A DNA stretch of 64,000 bases. Origin: Paramoeba atlantica. Lineage: Eukaryota > Protista > Discosea. The stretch covers positions 386,021-450,020 of the forward strand of contig CDRNVI010000140.1 in assembly GCA_977017575.1 (NCBI GenBank), in the 5' to 3' direction. The position numbers and the translations under genes are program-made. Positions 24,284 through 36,700 of this stretch are shown in pieces. The notes under the pieces were generated by a model that did not search any database, was not told the origin of the DNA, and saw only the letters and a program-made list of their open reading frames with translations. The number at the start of each line of letters is the position of its first letter. The stretch's first letter is position 1.

Positions 24284-24961
24284 TGTTGTGATTGTTGTTG
24301 GGTTTGAGTGACGACGAGAAAAGAATAATTTGGTTCCTCGGAAAGAACGGGAAACGCGGATTTTGGATGCGTTCCACCCAAAAAAACGCGGATATGTTCA
24401 CAGAATATTCCTTTGACAAACAATGCACTTTTCTGAATCTTACAAATTTTTCCGAGAAAATTCTCCTTCGCCGATCTCATTCTCTTTTTTTCTTTTTTCC
24501 CATTTCATTTGGTTTCGAGGAAGGATATTCAATGAGAATGTGGAACCTGATGTTGTACTTGCTGACGTATAAAATTGGAATGAAATCTGTGTTCACGTTC
24601 CATGAAACTCGAGCTGTGTGCAAGGGTGTTGGAAGAAAAGATGCAATGAAAAATAGTGAACACAAAAAAGAGCAACGCTTTAAAAAAAATGACGTCCTTT
24701 TGACATCCGTGCTAAAAAAAAGCAGCGCTCCCTCTTGCTTTGTTTGTGATTGTTTGGAACTTTTTTTTGGCCGTGAAGAGAGAAATTTCAGAAACAAATT
24801 CTTTTTCCTCAATTTTCCTTCAATTGTTCCCCCCTATCAAGTGTCTCTTTTTGTCATATGTCCGACTGGCAAAATGGCTCCATTCTTCCTCCAACTCTCT
24901 CTTGGAAGAAAAATTTTACAAGACTTTCTGTCTCTTTTCATTGTTTGGTTTGCCAAATATT

Positions 24962-25522
24962 TTATTCTTTGACACAGCCAGTTGCAGAGGCATATCCGAA
25001 CCCTTCAATTTCTTGACAAACATTAGGTTCGTCAAACTTGAAACGTTTCGCACAAACTTTGCAGTGATTATCGCACAAAACATGAAGAACCGCGCTCGTG
25101 TTTGTCTTACCACAAGACACATAGCCATAAACGCCAATGAAGGGGCTGTAACAAATATCGGCGAACTTTTGCACCACTTGGACTTCTGCGAGACCCTCTG
25201 AGCACTGAGCGTCTTTGTAAAAAGCGACATCGACAAATCCTGGCTGCGCAGGGACAAAAGCTGTGCTACATTGAGTCAAGACACTCCCATCAAACGGAAA
25301 GTTGGGGTTTTGATTTTTGGAACAGACACCAGAAGAAGGAATTTGAGAGCAATTCACTGGGTACGAATCGTTGTAAGGAGTCGCGGTGAAACCAATATAG
25401 TCGCCACTGCAGTCTTCATTCAGGTAGACGTACTCATAGTAAAATAATTCAGGGGCTTGCTGAGAAAGAGAGATAAAGGCAAGAACTCCCAAAAGGAAAC
25501 CAAGAAAAAGGTGCGATTGCAT
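24962..25522 (-). CDS. Small Cys-rich secreted protein, copy 3
   Basis: N-terminal half near-identical to copy 2; Cys scaffold conserved. Confidence 0.75.
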   Translation of the reverse strand: MQSHLFLGFLLGVLAFISLSQQAPELFYYEYVYLNEDCSGDYIGFTATPYNDSYPVNCSQIPSSGVCSKNQNPNFPFDGSVLTQCSTAFVPAQPGFVDVAFYKDAQCSEGLAEVQVVQKFADICYSPFIGVYGYVSCGKTNTSAVLHVLCDNHCKVCAKRFKFDEPNVCQEIEGFGYASATGCVKE

Positions 25523-25831
25523 TGTTGTGATTGTTGTTGTTGTTGGGGAGTGACGCTGAAAAAGAAAATTTGCTCACCCGGAAAATTCCAAATCAAATCA
25601 AATAAAGGAAAAAATTGGTTCAAATTAAATTCCTTTTTTGTGCAAAACAAGTTTTGTTTATTTGTCGGAGTTTTGGGGCTCTTTGAGATGGTTCGCTCTT
25701 CCCTTTTCTTCTTTGAGTTACTTTGTTGGTATTATTTGGGAGAATCTGAATATCTTGAACTTGGTTGGTAACGATGTTTCAATTGAGAATCAATTTTCTT
25801 TTCTTTTTTTCTTCTTTCTTGGAAAAAAAAT

Positions 25832-28228
25832 TCATTGGATAAACAGACTTGCTTGAAACTCTTTCTCCTGAATAAGTTCTTGAATCTCCTTTGAAGGTTG
25901 AGTTAAACTTTCGAGAGTGACACCATAAATCTCTCCAGTAAATATATAAAGATGAGGATAGTTTCCAACCGGAGAACCACAATCCCTTCCAACATCAAAA
26001 GTCTCTCCACTCATCGAGAAGACCACTGGGATGGTGTGGTTTTTGTGAACAAACCCAACAGGTTTTTGATCGATCGAAACGACAGCATCTCCTCCTTTTC
26101 CCATCCCCCCCTCATACACAAAATCGACAGAGATAGTATGTCTTCCTTCTTCAATTGGTTTTTCTGAAGTTGCGATATAATGTTCATGTCCGACCCAATT
26201 ATAATGATACACAACATACCGATTCTTATTGATATAGAGAGACCATCCTGCCATTACACCTCCTTGACAGACAATCACACCCTCACATCCACCCTCTGGG
26301 ATTCCGACATCAGCCTTAATCGAAAAAGAACAATTCTTCAAATTTACAACACTCTTTTCGGGCATCCGGTAGTGCTCTTTAGTATATGTCATCTTTCGAA
26401 TCGATCCGAGTGCAGAAAGGACTCTTAGAATTGGGACACGGCGACGATCAGGACCGTTATGTAAAGGATAAATTTTGTTTCGATGGGCTTCAACTTCGAA
26501 AATTTCAAGTAATTGAGCGAGTTTCTCTGGGAGCTCCTTGGCGAGATCTTTTCCTTGAGAGAAATCATCACGTACATTGTACAATTCCCATTTTTCTTGA
26601 GGACCATCAAAAGGTAGTACCAAGGCAGAGCTCCGAATCCACGGAGGTCGTCCATGAAAGCAACTTGCAATCCATCCATCGTGGAAAATCGCTCGATTCC
26701 CAAGCATTTCAAAGTATTGAGTGAGGTGAGTTTCTTTTGCTAATTCACTTGCAAAGGAGGGGATCATCGATACGCCATTCAGTTCTTGTTGGGGGATTCC
26801 ATTGACATGGCTTGGGGGAGAGATTCCAGCTGCTTCAAGGATCGTTGGGAAAATGTCAACAACGTGATGAAATTGTGTGCGGAGACCTCCTTTATCAAGG
26901 ATGTGTTTTGGCCATTGAACAGCAAGAGCATTACGGGTTCCTCCAAAATGCGATGCAACCTGTTTCATCCATTGGAAGGGAGTATCAAGTGCCCACCCCC
27001 ATCCTGCATTATAGTGATTCTCACATCGAGCTGACCCAAAATCTTCCATATGTTCGAGGAGCCATTCGGGATCTTCTGGCATTGCATTTTGAAAAGAAGG
27101 GCAGCTCCAAGCTCCATGGATGGTCCCTTCAGCTGAAGCACCATTGTCCCCTGTAATATATAAAAAGAGAGTATTTTCTGTTTCCCCCATCGTATCTAAA
27201 GCGTCCAACAATTTCCCAACCTGCTCATCAGTATGAGCCATCATCCCAGCGAATACTTCCATCAGGCGAGAGGCAACTGGTTTGTATCGATCTGGATACT
27301 CTTCCCAGCTTGGTATTCCATCAGGTCTTGAAGTAAGAGTGGTTCCCTCAGGGATTACCCCTAATTCTAATTGTCTCTTGTAGATTTCCTCACGAAGAAT
27401 ATCCCAACCTTGGTCGAACTTTCCTTTAAATCGCTCGATGTATTCAGGCCAAACATGGTGAGGACAGTGCATTGCACCCATCGAAAGATAACTAAAAAAG
27501 GGACGGTTTGGATTTGTTGCTCTTTGCAATTTTAACCACGAAATCATCTTTTCTGTGATATCTTCGCTCACATGATAATCATCACGACCGAGATAAGGAT
27601 TCACAGGAGTTGTTTGATCGAGCATCGGAGGTTCATAACTCGAGACTTCAGCTTGAAGAAATCCATAAAATTTTTCGAATCCAAGCCCAACTGGCCAATG
27701 ATCAAATGGCCCTGTCAATGTTTGTTCGTGGATTGGGGCGAGATGCCACTTTCCAAAAATACTTGTCGAATATCCGTACTGCTTTAAAACCTCAGCGACA
27801 GAAGCTGCTTCCTTTGGAATGATACAATCATATCCAGGGATGTTTCCTGCCACTTCTGTTATGGTTCCCATATGAACAGCATGATGGTTCCTCCCTGTCA
27901 GTAACGAAGCTCGAGTTGGAGAACAAAGTGCGGTGGTATGAAATTGGTTGAACTTGAGTCCGTTCTGTGCAACACGATCAAGGGCTGGTGTCGGAACAGG
28001 TCCTCCAAAAGTGCTGGCGGTCCCAAATCCAACATCATCTAATAATACAATAACGATATTCGGAGATTGTTGGGTCGGAAACCCTGGGGAAAAGGGCTCT
28101 TTGGGGAAGACCGTTGAATTGAGTCGTGATCCAATTTCACCTGAATATGCTGGGGTTGGTTTTGGGATCGATGGGCCGGTTGGTTTCCAATATGATGGAT
28201 CGAAACAATCACTTTCGGAAGCAGCCAT
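25832..28228 (-). CDS. Bacterial-type arylsulfatase (AtsA-like) with a C-terminal beta-sandwich domain, intronless
   Basis: PNIVIVLLDDVGFG, formylglycine motif CSPTRASLLTGR, GKWHL, GFEKFYGF, ITGDNG, KWELYNVRDDFSQ; no signal peptide. Confidence 0.92.
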   Translation of the reverse strand: MAASESDCFDPSYWKPTGPSIPKPTPAYSGEIGSRLNSTVFPKEPFSPGFPTQQSPNIVIVLLDDVGFGTASTFGGPVPTPALDRVAQNGLKFNQFHTTALCSPTRASLLTGRNHHAVHMGTITEVAGNIPGYDCIIPKEAASVAEVLKQYGYSTSIFGKWHLAPIHEQTLTGPFDHWPVGLGFEKFYGFLQAEVSSYEPPMLDQTTPVNPYLGRDDYHVSEDITEKMISWLKLQRATNPNRPFFSYLSMGAMHCPHHVWPEYIERFKGKFDQGWDILREEIYKRQLELGVIPEGTTLTSRPDGIPSWEEYPDRYKPVASRLMEVFAGMMAHTDEQVGKLLDALDTMGETENTLFLYITGDNGASAEGTIHGAWSCPSFQNAMPEDPEWLLEHMEDFGSARCENHYNAGWGWALDTPFQWMKQVASHFGGTRNALAVQWPKHILDKGGLRTQFHHVVDIFPTILEAAGISPPSHVNGIPQQELNGVSMIPSFASELAKETHLTQYFEMLGNRAIFHDGWIASCFHGRPPWIRSSALVLPFDGPQEKWELYNVRDDFSQGKDLAKELPEKLAQLLEIFEVEAHRNKIYPLHNGPDRRRVPILRVLSALGSIRKMTYTKEHYRMPEKSVVNLKNCSFSIKADVGIPEGGCEGVIVCQGGVMAGWSLYINKNRYVVYHYNWVGHEHYIATSEKPIEEGRHTISVDFVYEGGMGKGGDAVVSIDQKPVGFVHKNHTIPVVFSMSGETFDVGRDCGSPVGNYPHLYIFTGEIYGVTLESLTQPSKEIQELIQEKEFQASLFIQ

Positions 28229-28460
28229 CGTGGAGAGAGGTTACCACTCCAAAAGAGAAAAACAAGATCCAGAAGAAGAGAAAAACAAAAACCAGAAAAG
28301 AGAGGCAAATCGGAAAAAACGGAAAAAACCAAAATTCCAACTTATTTTTACTTTAAAAGGAATCTTTACTTTAAATAGAAATATTTTGGTTTTTTGTCGA
28401 ATTTCTTCGAAATCGTTCAACAGTCGCGAGAAGTGAAGAGAAAGAGAAAGAGAGAAGATA

Positions 28461-29945
28461 ATGATTCGTCGAGGGTTTTCTCTCTCGCTCTCTCCTTCTA
28501 TTCAGAATTCATTCTCAAAGAATGGGTTTCTTTTTTTTTTCTTTCTTCCTCTCTTTTTCTTTTTGTTTATTTTTTTTCTGCAGTTTCCGAAGCAAACAAT
28601 TTCTCAACTCTTCTCTCTTTTCTTCTTCTTCTCCCTCTTCTTCTCTCCTTTCTTCTCACCACCTTCGCTCTTCTTCCTTCATGCAACAAAGATTTTCTTC
28701 CCAATTAACCAGAAATATTGCGATTATTGCACATGTCGATCATGGAAAAAGTTTGTCTTTCACATCTCTCTCTCTTCTCCTTTCCTTTCCTTTTCTTCTC
28801 TTATTCTGAAAATGATTTCTCATGATAAACTCCTGCACATTTTATTCTCATTTTAAATCAAAATTCTTTTTTCGCAGCTTCTCTTGTCGACAAACTTCTC
28901 AAATGCAGTGATGATGGTCTCCATGACGAAATAGACGACAGGTTTTTCTTTTTGATTGATTTAAATTAATTGATTTCTTTTTTTCATTTTCAAATTTTCA
29001 AAACTCTCAACTTCTTTTCTCTTTTTCTTTTGGTCAGAGTTATGGACCACAATGATCTTGAAAAAGAGAGAGGGATCACAATTATGGCAAAAAGAACCAG
29101 TCTTTCATGGACGGATCCTGAATCTGGTGAAGAGGCAAAGGTTTTTTTTTTTAAAATTGTTTTCAAAACAATTCATTTGAACAATTCAAATGTCGAATAT
29201 TTTTTGGGATGAAACAATGGAAGAAAGAGAAATGGGACACCATTCAATTGGGACACCATTATTTTGTTTGTGGGAAGAATAAGAAAAGAGGAAAGAAAAG
29301 GAAGAGAAGAGAAGAAGAAAGAAAAAGAGAAAAGAGAGAGAAAAAATGATATAATTGCTGGAGAAGAAAGAGAAATGAAAAGAAGAAAATGATTGATCGT
29401 AATTTTCTTTCTTTTTTCTTTTTTCTTTTCTCTCTTCCTTTTTCTTTTTCTTTCTCTTTTCTTTTCTCTTTCTCTTTTTCTTCTTTTCTTTTCTTTTTAA
29501 AAGATCAATGTACTCGATACACCCGGACATGGAGATTTTGGAGGTGAAGTTGAGAGGATTTTGAATATGGTTGATGGTGTTGTTTTGGTTGTTGATGCTT
29601 CTCATGGTCCTGGAGGTATTTTATTTTATTTTATTTTATTTTATTTTTATTTTATTTTTATTTTATTTATTTTTTATTTTTATTAAAAATATTTGATGAT
29701 TTTATTCTTTCTTTAATATCTATTTATTCGATCTATTTCTTCGATTTCTCTTTCTCTCATTCCACTCTTTTTGAAATTTAATATTTTATCAAGATTTCTA
29801 ATCTTCTTTTTCTTTTTTTCCTTCTCTTTTTTTTATTAGTACAAACAAAATTTGTTCTTTCAAAAGCGCTCCAAAAGAAATTAAAACCTCTTATTGTTTT
29901 AAATAAAATGGATCGCCCTTCTCGACAAGTTTTCTCTTTCTCTCT

Positions 29946-29977
<32 letters not shown>

Positions 29978-32900
29978 TTCTCTTTCTTTCTCTTGCTTTC
30001 TCTTTTTTTCTGATAATTAATTTGAATATCTTTAGGTGGATGCAACAGAAGGAAAGATCTTTGATTTGTTTTGTCAACTTGGAGCTGATGACGAGTTTCT
30101 TTCTTTTCTTTTCTCAAATTTAATTCTTTCAAAGATGCTTTTGAATGCTCTTTTAAAATCAATTTAAGATATGATATTTAAAATTATTGGATTCACTTTT
30201 AATTCACAAACAAAATTAAAATTATAAACAAGGCCTATTGCACTCCCTTTTCCATCCAGATAATATTGATATAATAACAATGAAAATAAAATGAATTTTT
30301 CTAATAAAGTAACTATTCTGTCTACTATTAATAATAATATTATTAATTTTTTAATTATTAATATTAATATCCAAAAGACAAATGGATTATTGCACTCTTT
30401 ACGCATCAGCAAAAGAAGATTGGGCAAACACAATCCCAGAAAGGGGAGGATCGAGAATGCACCCTCTTTTTAAAGGAATTGTTGATCATTTGCCTCCTCC
30501 TCCTGTTGATACAGGTTTTTTTCTTGTTTTTTATTTTTTTTATTTATTTTTTATTTTATTTCATTTTTATTTTATTTTATTTTATATTTTTTTTCGAATT
30601 TTTCAACTGTTTGGAGTTGTAAAGGAATTATTATTTATTTTTTCCCCCCCCCAAATTACATTTTTAATAACTCTTATTGCTATTTTTATAGTCTAATTTC
30701 ATTCTCTCTTTCTCTCTTTCTTCTCTCTCTCTCTTCTCTTTCTCTTCTCTCTTTCTCCCCCCAAAAAGAAAGCAATTTCGGAATGCTTGTCTCTCTTCTA
30801 GAACATGAAGATCATCTTGGGCGAGTTGTTGTTGGTACAATTCGGAGTGGTGAGCTTCAAAGTGGGGATGTTATTGCTGCGATTGATAGAGAGGGGAGGG
30901 TTGTTGAAGAAGGAAAGGTTTTATTATTATTTTTTTATTATTATTTATTTATTTATTATTTATTTATTATTTATTATTTATTATTTATTTATTATTTTGA
31001 TTTTTTAGATTACTTTTCATTCTTTATTTCTTTTTATTTTTCTCTTTTCTTTTTATTCAACAATCTCAAAAAAAAAACAGGTCACAAAAATCAGTGTCCG
31101 AAAAGGATTAAACAGAACATTCGTGACATCAGCCACAGCGGGAGACATTGTTGGAATCGCGGGACTCAGTTCAGCGAATGTGACAGACACAATTCGAATT
31201 GTTCCAAAAGAGAAAGAGAAGAAAGAAAGAAAGGAGGATTGGGCGGTTGTGATCCCTTCTGATCCTTTGGATCCTCCTGTTTTGTCTATTTCTGTCAGGG
31301 TGAATGATAGTCCTTTGTCTGGGAGGGAGTTTTGTGCTTTTTTTTTTTTTTTTTTTGTTTTGTTTTATTTTGTTTTATTTATTTCTTTCTTTTGTTTCTT
31401 TTATTTTATTTTATTTTATTTTATTTTATTTTATTTTCTTCTAAAAATTATTTTTTTAAAACACAGAGGAAAAAAATGTACTTCTCGAAATATCGACGAA
31501 AGATTGAAGAAAGAATTGGAAACAAATGTTTCACTTCAAGTAAAGAAAGTTTCAGAGTCTTGTTTTGAGGTTTTTTTTTTTAAACAAAATTGAATTTCAA
31601 ATATTTTTATTTTTATTGTTTTCTTTTCTTTTCTTTTCTTTTCTTTTCTTTTCTCTTTTTCCAATCTATTTTATTCAGGTATCAGGAAGAGGAGAATTAC
31701 AATTAGCAATCCTTTTAGAAAACATGAGAAGAGAAGGATACGAAGTTGCCGTGACGCAACCAATGGTAATCATGCGAAGAGACGAAAATGGCGAATTGAT
31801 TGAACCGATGGAGGAAGTTACAATTGATGTTCCTGAGGAATATTCTGGTTTTTTTTTCTTTTTCTTTTTCTTTTTCTTTTATTATTATTGGCTTGTGGAA
31901 AATGGTCCACAAAAAAATAAACTATTTTCCACAAGTCAGCTGTTCTGTTCTGTTATTTTATAATTTTTGAAAGAATGATGGCAACAATTGTCATGATGGA
32001 GCAGTACATTTAGGATTATTTTTGAAATAAATATTGGGAAAACTTACTCATTTAAAAAATAGGTACAATTATTGATCAAATGAACAAACGCCTTGCCACT
32101 CTCAGTGAAGTTATTCAACAAGAACATGAGATGGTCTCTCTCTTTCTTTTCCATGCCAATATCTTTTTAAAATTCATCTTGTTTAATAATTTTAAATCTA
32201 CTTTTCATCTCAATCCTTATCAAAAATCAACAAAAAATCAACAAAAAATTAAATCAAAAAAAAAAGGTGACTCTCAAATTCAACTGCCCCTCAAGGGGTC
32301 TAATTGGGTTCCGGTCTCAAATGACAACATTAACAAGAGGAACTGCCATTTTGAGTAATTTATATTCCCAACATGTTCCATATTTAGGTTTCTCTTTTTT
32401 TCCTTCTCTCTCTCTTACTTCTTTCTCCCCTTCTCTCCCCTTCTCTCTCCTTTTTCTCACTCTCTTCTTTTCTCTCTCCCCTTCTCTCCCCTTTCTCTCT
32501 CTCCCCCCTTTCTCTTCTCCCCCTCTCCCCCTTCTCTCCCTCTCTTCTCTCTCTCCCCCCCTCTCTTCTCCTTCTCAAAAAAACAAAAAACAAAAACTAA
32601 AAAAACAATTTAACATTTCAGGAGCAATGAGCGGGGTGGAACATGGAAGTTTGATTTCTATGTATGATGGTAAAGCTACTGCTTATGCTCTTGCTGGATT
32701 GGAGTCTCGGGGGGCTTTATTTATTAAACCTCAGGTCATTTGTTTTTGTTTTTTGGGAGAGAGAGAGAGAGGGAGAGAGGAGAGATGAGAGAGGGAGAGG
32801 AGAGATGAGAGAGAGAGGAGAGATGAGAGAGAGAGGAGAGGTTGAGAGAGAGAGAGGGAGAGAGGGAGAGGTTGAGAAAGGGAGAGGAGAGATGAGAGAG

Positions 32901-33532
32901 AGAGGAGAGGTTGAGAAAGGGAGAGGGAGAGAGGAGATATGAGAGGGAGAGGAGAGATGAAAGAGAGGAGAGGTTGAGAAAGGGAGAGGGAGAGAGGAGA
33001 GAGGATAAGAAAGGGAGGGGGTTTTTGACATTTTTTTTTTTTTTTTTGTCTTTTTTAGACGACTGTTTATGCTGGAATGGTTGTTGGAGAACATTTTAAA
33101 ACGGGTGAAGATTTGGATGTTAATGTTATCAAGGTTTCTTTCTTTCTTTCTTTATTTTCAATATTTTTTATTTCTTTCTTTTATTTTTGTTTTTATCTTC
33201 TCCTAAAATACTCTTCTTATTTTTGCAGTCAAAACAATTAACAAATATTCGAACTGTTGCGAAAGATGAGAATATTCGATTGGCTGCACCGCGTTTGTTG
33301 ACCCTTGATAATGCTCTTTCTTATGTACAGGTGAAGATTTTTTTTTAAATTCAATAATTATTTATTTTATTTTATTTTATTTTAACAAAATATTTTAACT
33401 TTCTTTTAGAATGATGAAATGATTGAAATTACACCTTTGAATATTCGATTAAGAAAGAGAGAGCTTCAAATGGGATTGAGACGACGTGAGAAAAAACAAG
33501 GAAAATCTTATTATCAAATTGAAGGAGAATAA
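28461..33532 (+). CDS. typA: TypA/BipA ribosome-associated GTPase, nuclear-encoded with a mitochondrial-type presequence, many introns
   Basis: [84 protein letters not shown]. Confidence 0.93.
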
Positions 33533-33712
33533 AATCTTAAAATAAAAAAGAAACAAACAGAATGTTTACTCAGAGCGTCACAGTTTTTTGAATCAAACTT
33601 GTCAAAATTATGGAAAATAAGAGCTCATTTATTAGATTAAAATACAATAATTGTCAAAAACCATAAAATAAAGTTTTTGGTCATACACAAAAACAAAGGC
33701 AATTTCAAAAAC

Positions 33713-36700
33713 TCATGTCAAAAAAACAATTTGAATTCTTTCAACCCATTTTCGACAAAATGGACAATTCGAAACTTGTTTCATACAACCAGAACAAACC
33801 CCCATATGCCCACACGGAATCAATACACAATCCACTTTTGTTTCAAGACAAACTTTGCAAATATGCTGTTCTTCTTCATATGATTGTTGTTGTTGTTGTT
33901 GTTCTTCTTGGGTCATTGGAGAAGAAGAGAAAGGAGGAGGAACCAAAGAGGAAGAAGAAGGAGAAGGATTAATTTCAGAATCATCAAGAGCAATTAACAT
34001 TTCATTATCTGAGGGAGCAGATGGTGCTGGTTGTCCTAAATTTTTTAAAATTTCATTAATTAATTGATTAGGTATCATTAATTTTGATGTATTTAATTCA
34101 ATAAAATATGTTTTAATGAATGAGAAAAGTAACCTGGGACATTTTGTCGAGATGGGGGATGAGGATGGGACCCCAATTTTCGATTTACCATTGACGGGGA
34201 AGAAGAAGAATCAGAAGAACAAGATGGAGTACAAGAAGAAGAATATGAAGGAGGAGGAGGATTTGAAGATTTCCTCTTTTTCTTTCCAAATAATCTCCCA
34301 AAGAAAGATGTATCCTCTTCTTTCGGTAACCCTTTCTCTTCTCTCTCTCTTTCTTGTGCGCGAGATTGGCCACCATCAAGCGGGACCTCCCAAACCTCGA
34401 TTATTCTCTCTTTTGGGAAGAGTTTTTCTTTTAATGAGAGTTCAGGACCCGGGCGAGGAGGTTTGTAGTCTTTTGGGATTGGTGCGGGTGCTGGATATGC
34501 ACTGGAAAGAGAGGAAGAGAAGAGAGGGAGTGAGGAGGGGAAAGAGAGATGGAATTGAATAAATAAATAAAATAAAATAAACCTTGAAGGTGGGAGAGTG
34601 TACTCAGCAGTATCAGGATCTAAAAGAAGAGAGGATTTTAGTCAACAAGAGAGAAGCAGTAGAAGATATAAAAAGAATAAAAGACCAATCAAAGAAGGAT
34701 GAAGACAACAGTAATGCTGATTTTGGTAAGACAGCGCCCCACTTGTCAAACGGCAATTGACTGTTGCAACAGAACAACCTAAAGAGAAAGAACAACGAAA
34801 AGTGGGAAGAAAGTTTGATGTTATTTGAGATTCAAAATGACTCTTTTTCAATTCAAAATAGAAAAAAATAAACCTTTTCCAACAAAAATCTGATCACATA
34901 AGCTCCTCGAGCACCTCTTTAAAGAAGAGAGAAGATAAGAGACAAGATAACTTGGAAGAGAGAGAAGAAAACAATTTTCATTTGAACAATGAGAAGAATG
35001 AAAAGAGAGAAATTTTTCTCGAGAATACGCTGGGCCACTGATAGAAGAAGAGAAAGAATATGAAGGGGAAGTGTAAGAGTATGAAGAAGAAGAGGAAGGA
35101 TATGCATAAGAAGAAGAGGAAGAGGAGGAGGAAGAGGAAGAGGAAGAAGAGGAAGAAGAATATGCAGAAGAGGAATAAGAAGAAGAAAAAGGATTTTTTG
35201 AAGGAAAAGAAGGCGTTTGATAAATATCAGAGAGAGAAGAAAGAAGAGGGAGACAAAATAAATTTAATAAATCAGTGTCCAAATATCCTCCTTCATGTAA
35301 ATGCTTTGTTATCCATTCTAAAAAGGAACATGGAAATCTTTTCATCAAAAAATTTATACAAATTTCCACTGCAAAGAACATGAAATTAGAGAAAGAAATG
35401 AGAAGAGAGAAAGAAATGAGAAGAGAGAAAGAAAGGTTTTTGGAGAATCATAACACAGAAAAATAACAAGAAAAATAACAAGAAAATTTACAAAAAAATG
35501 AAAAATAAGAAAATAAAAAAATAAGAATACAAAAGAAATAAATAATAGAGACAAAAAAAGAGACAAACCCAATGAATTCATTTGATATCTCTCATCAAGA
35601 GGACCAGGAGGAGGAATGGTATGAACAGTATACTTCCCCGACTCAGGAGAATCATAAGAAAACTCAGAAATCTTTTCGATAGCTCTCTCAAAAAAGATGG
35701 AAAAACTTCTGAGAGGATTCGAAGAAATGATCAAATTTCTGAGACTTAAAAGATGGAAATTGACACAGGTCGTCACGATTTGGTTCACTGAGACGTCCAG
35801 TGTTTCTGAAAGGGAAAATTTTAAAAAAATAATTTCATTCTTTTATTTTTCTCTTTTCCTTTTCTCTTTTTTCTTTTTTCTCTTTTCTTCTTTCCTTTCT
35901 CTTCTAATCTTCTTTCTCAAAAGGAAAATAAAAACTCATACCAAGTTTTCGAAGCATCAAAAATTGACTAGGAAGATGAGAAAGAGAATTGTTTGACAAA
36001 TTTAATTTGGTTAAATTTTGGCAGAAAAAGAGAGAACGAGGAAGAGATGTAAGATAGTTGGAAGAGGCATCAAGATGATTGAGCTTGAAAGAGAAGAGAG
36101 AGAGAGATAGAGAGAAAAGTTAGACAAGAAGAAGAGAGAAGAAGGAGAAGAAAAGAGGAAAGAGAGAAGAGAGAGAAGAGAAATACCTGAGATAAAAGCC
36201 CAATGGAAGAGGGAAAAAATTGAAGTTGACAATCTTTTAAGTTTAAATGTCTCAATTTTGACAAATTTCCAATATTTCTGTTTTTTTTTTTGAAATGAAT
36301 ATCAAAAAGAGAAAAGAAAAAGAAAAGGAAAAGGAAAAAAGTAAATACGTTGGAAGTTCTTTTAAAGGGTTATTTTCAAGATCCAAATGGACCAAATCTA
36401 TTCAAAATAATAAATCACAAGATATCAAAAAGAGAGAGGGAAAGAAATTGAATGTCATTTCCGGCATTTCCAGACAAAGACAAAACAAAAAAATAAAAAT
36501 TAAAAAAAAATGAAAAAAAATGAAAAAAAAATGAAAAAAACAAAAAAACAAAAAAACAAAACTGTGCAAATCGCCAATAGAAAGGGGAAGAAATTGAATG
36601 TTATTTCCAGACAAGGACAAAACAGTCAATTTCTTCAAATTTCCAATTTCTTTTGGGAGAAATGGGATTTTGTTTGATTGGAGAAGAAGGGACATGAGAG

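Noticed and set aside
25832-28228. Bacterial contamination explaining the sulfatase
   Set aside because: Contiguous with AT-rich eukaryotic flanks and only 232 bp from the intron-rich typA start; still worth confirming with long reads
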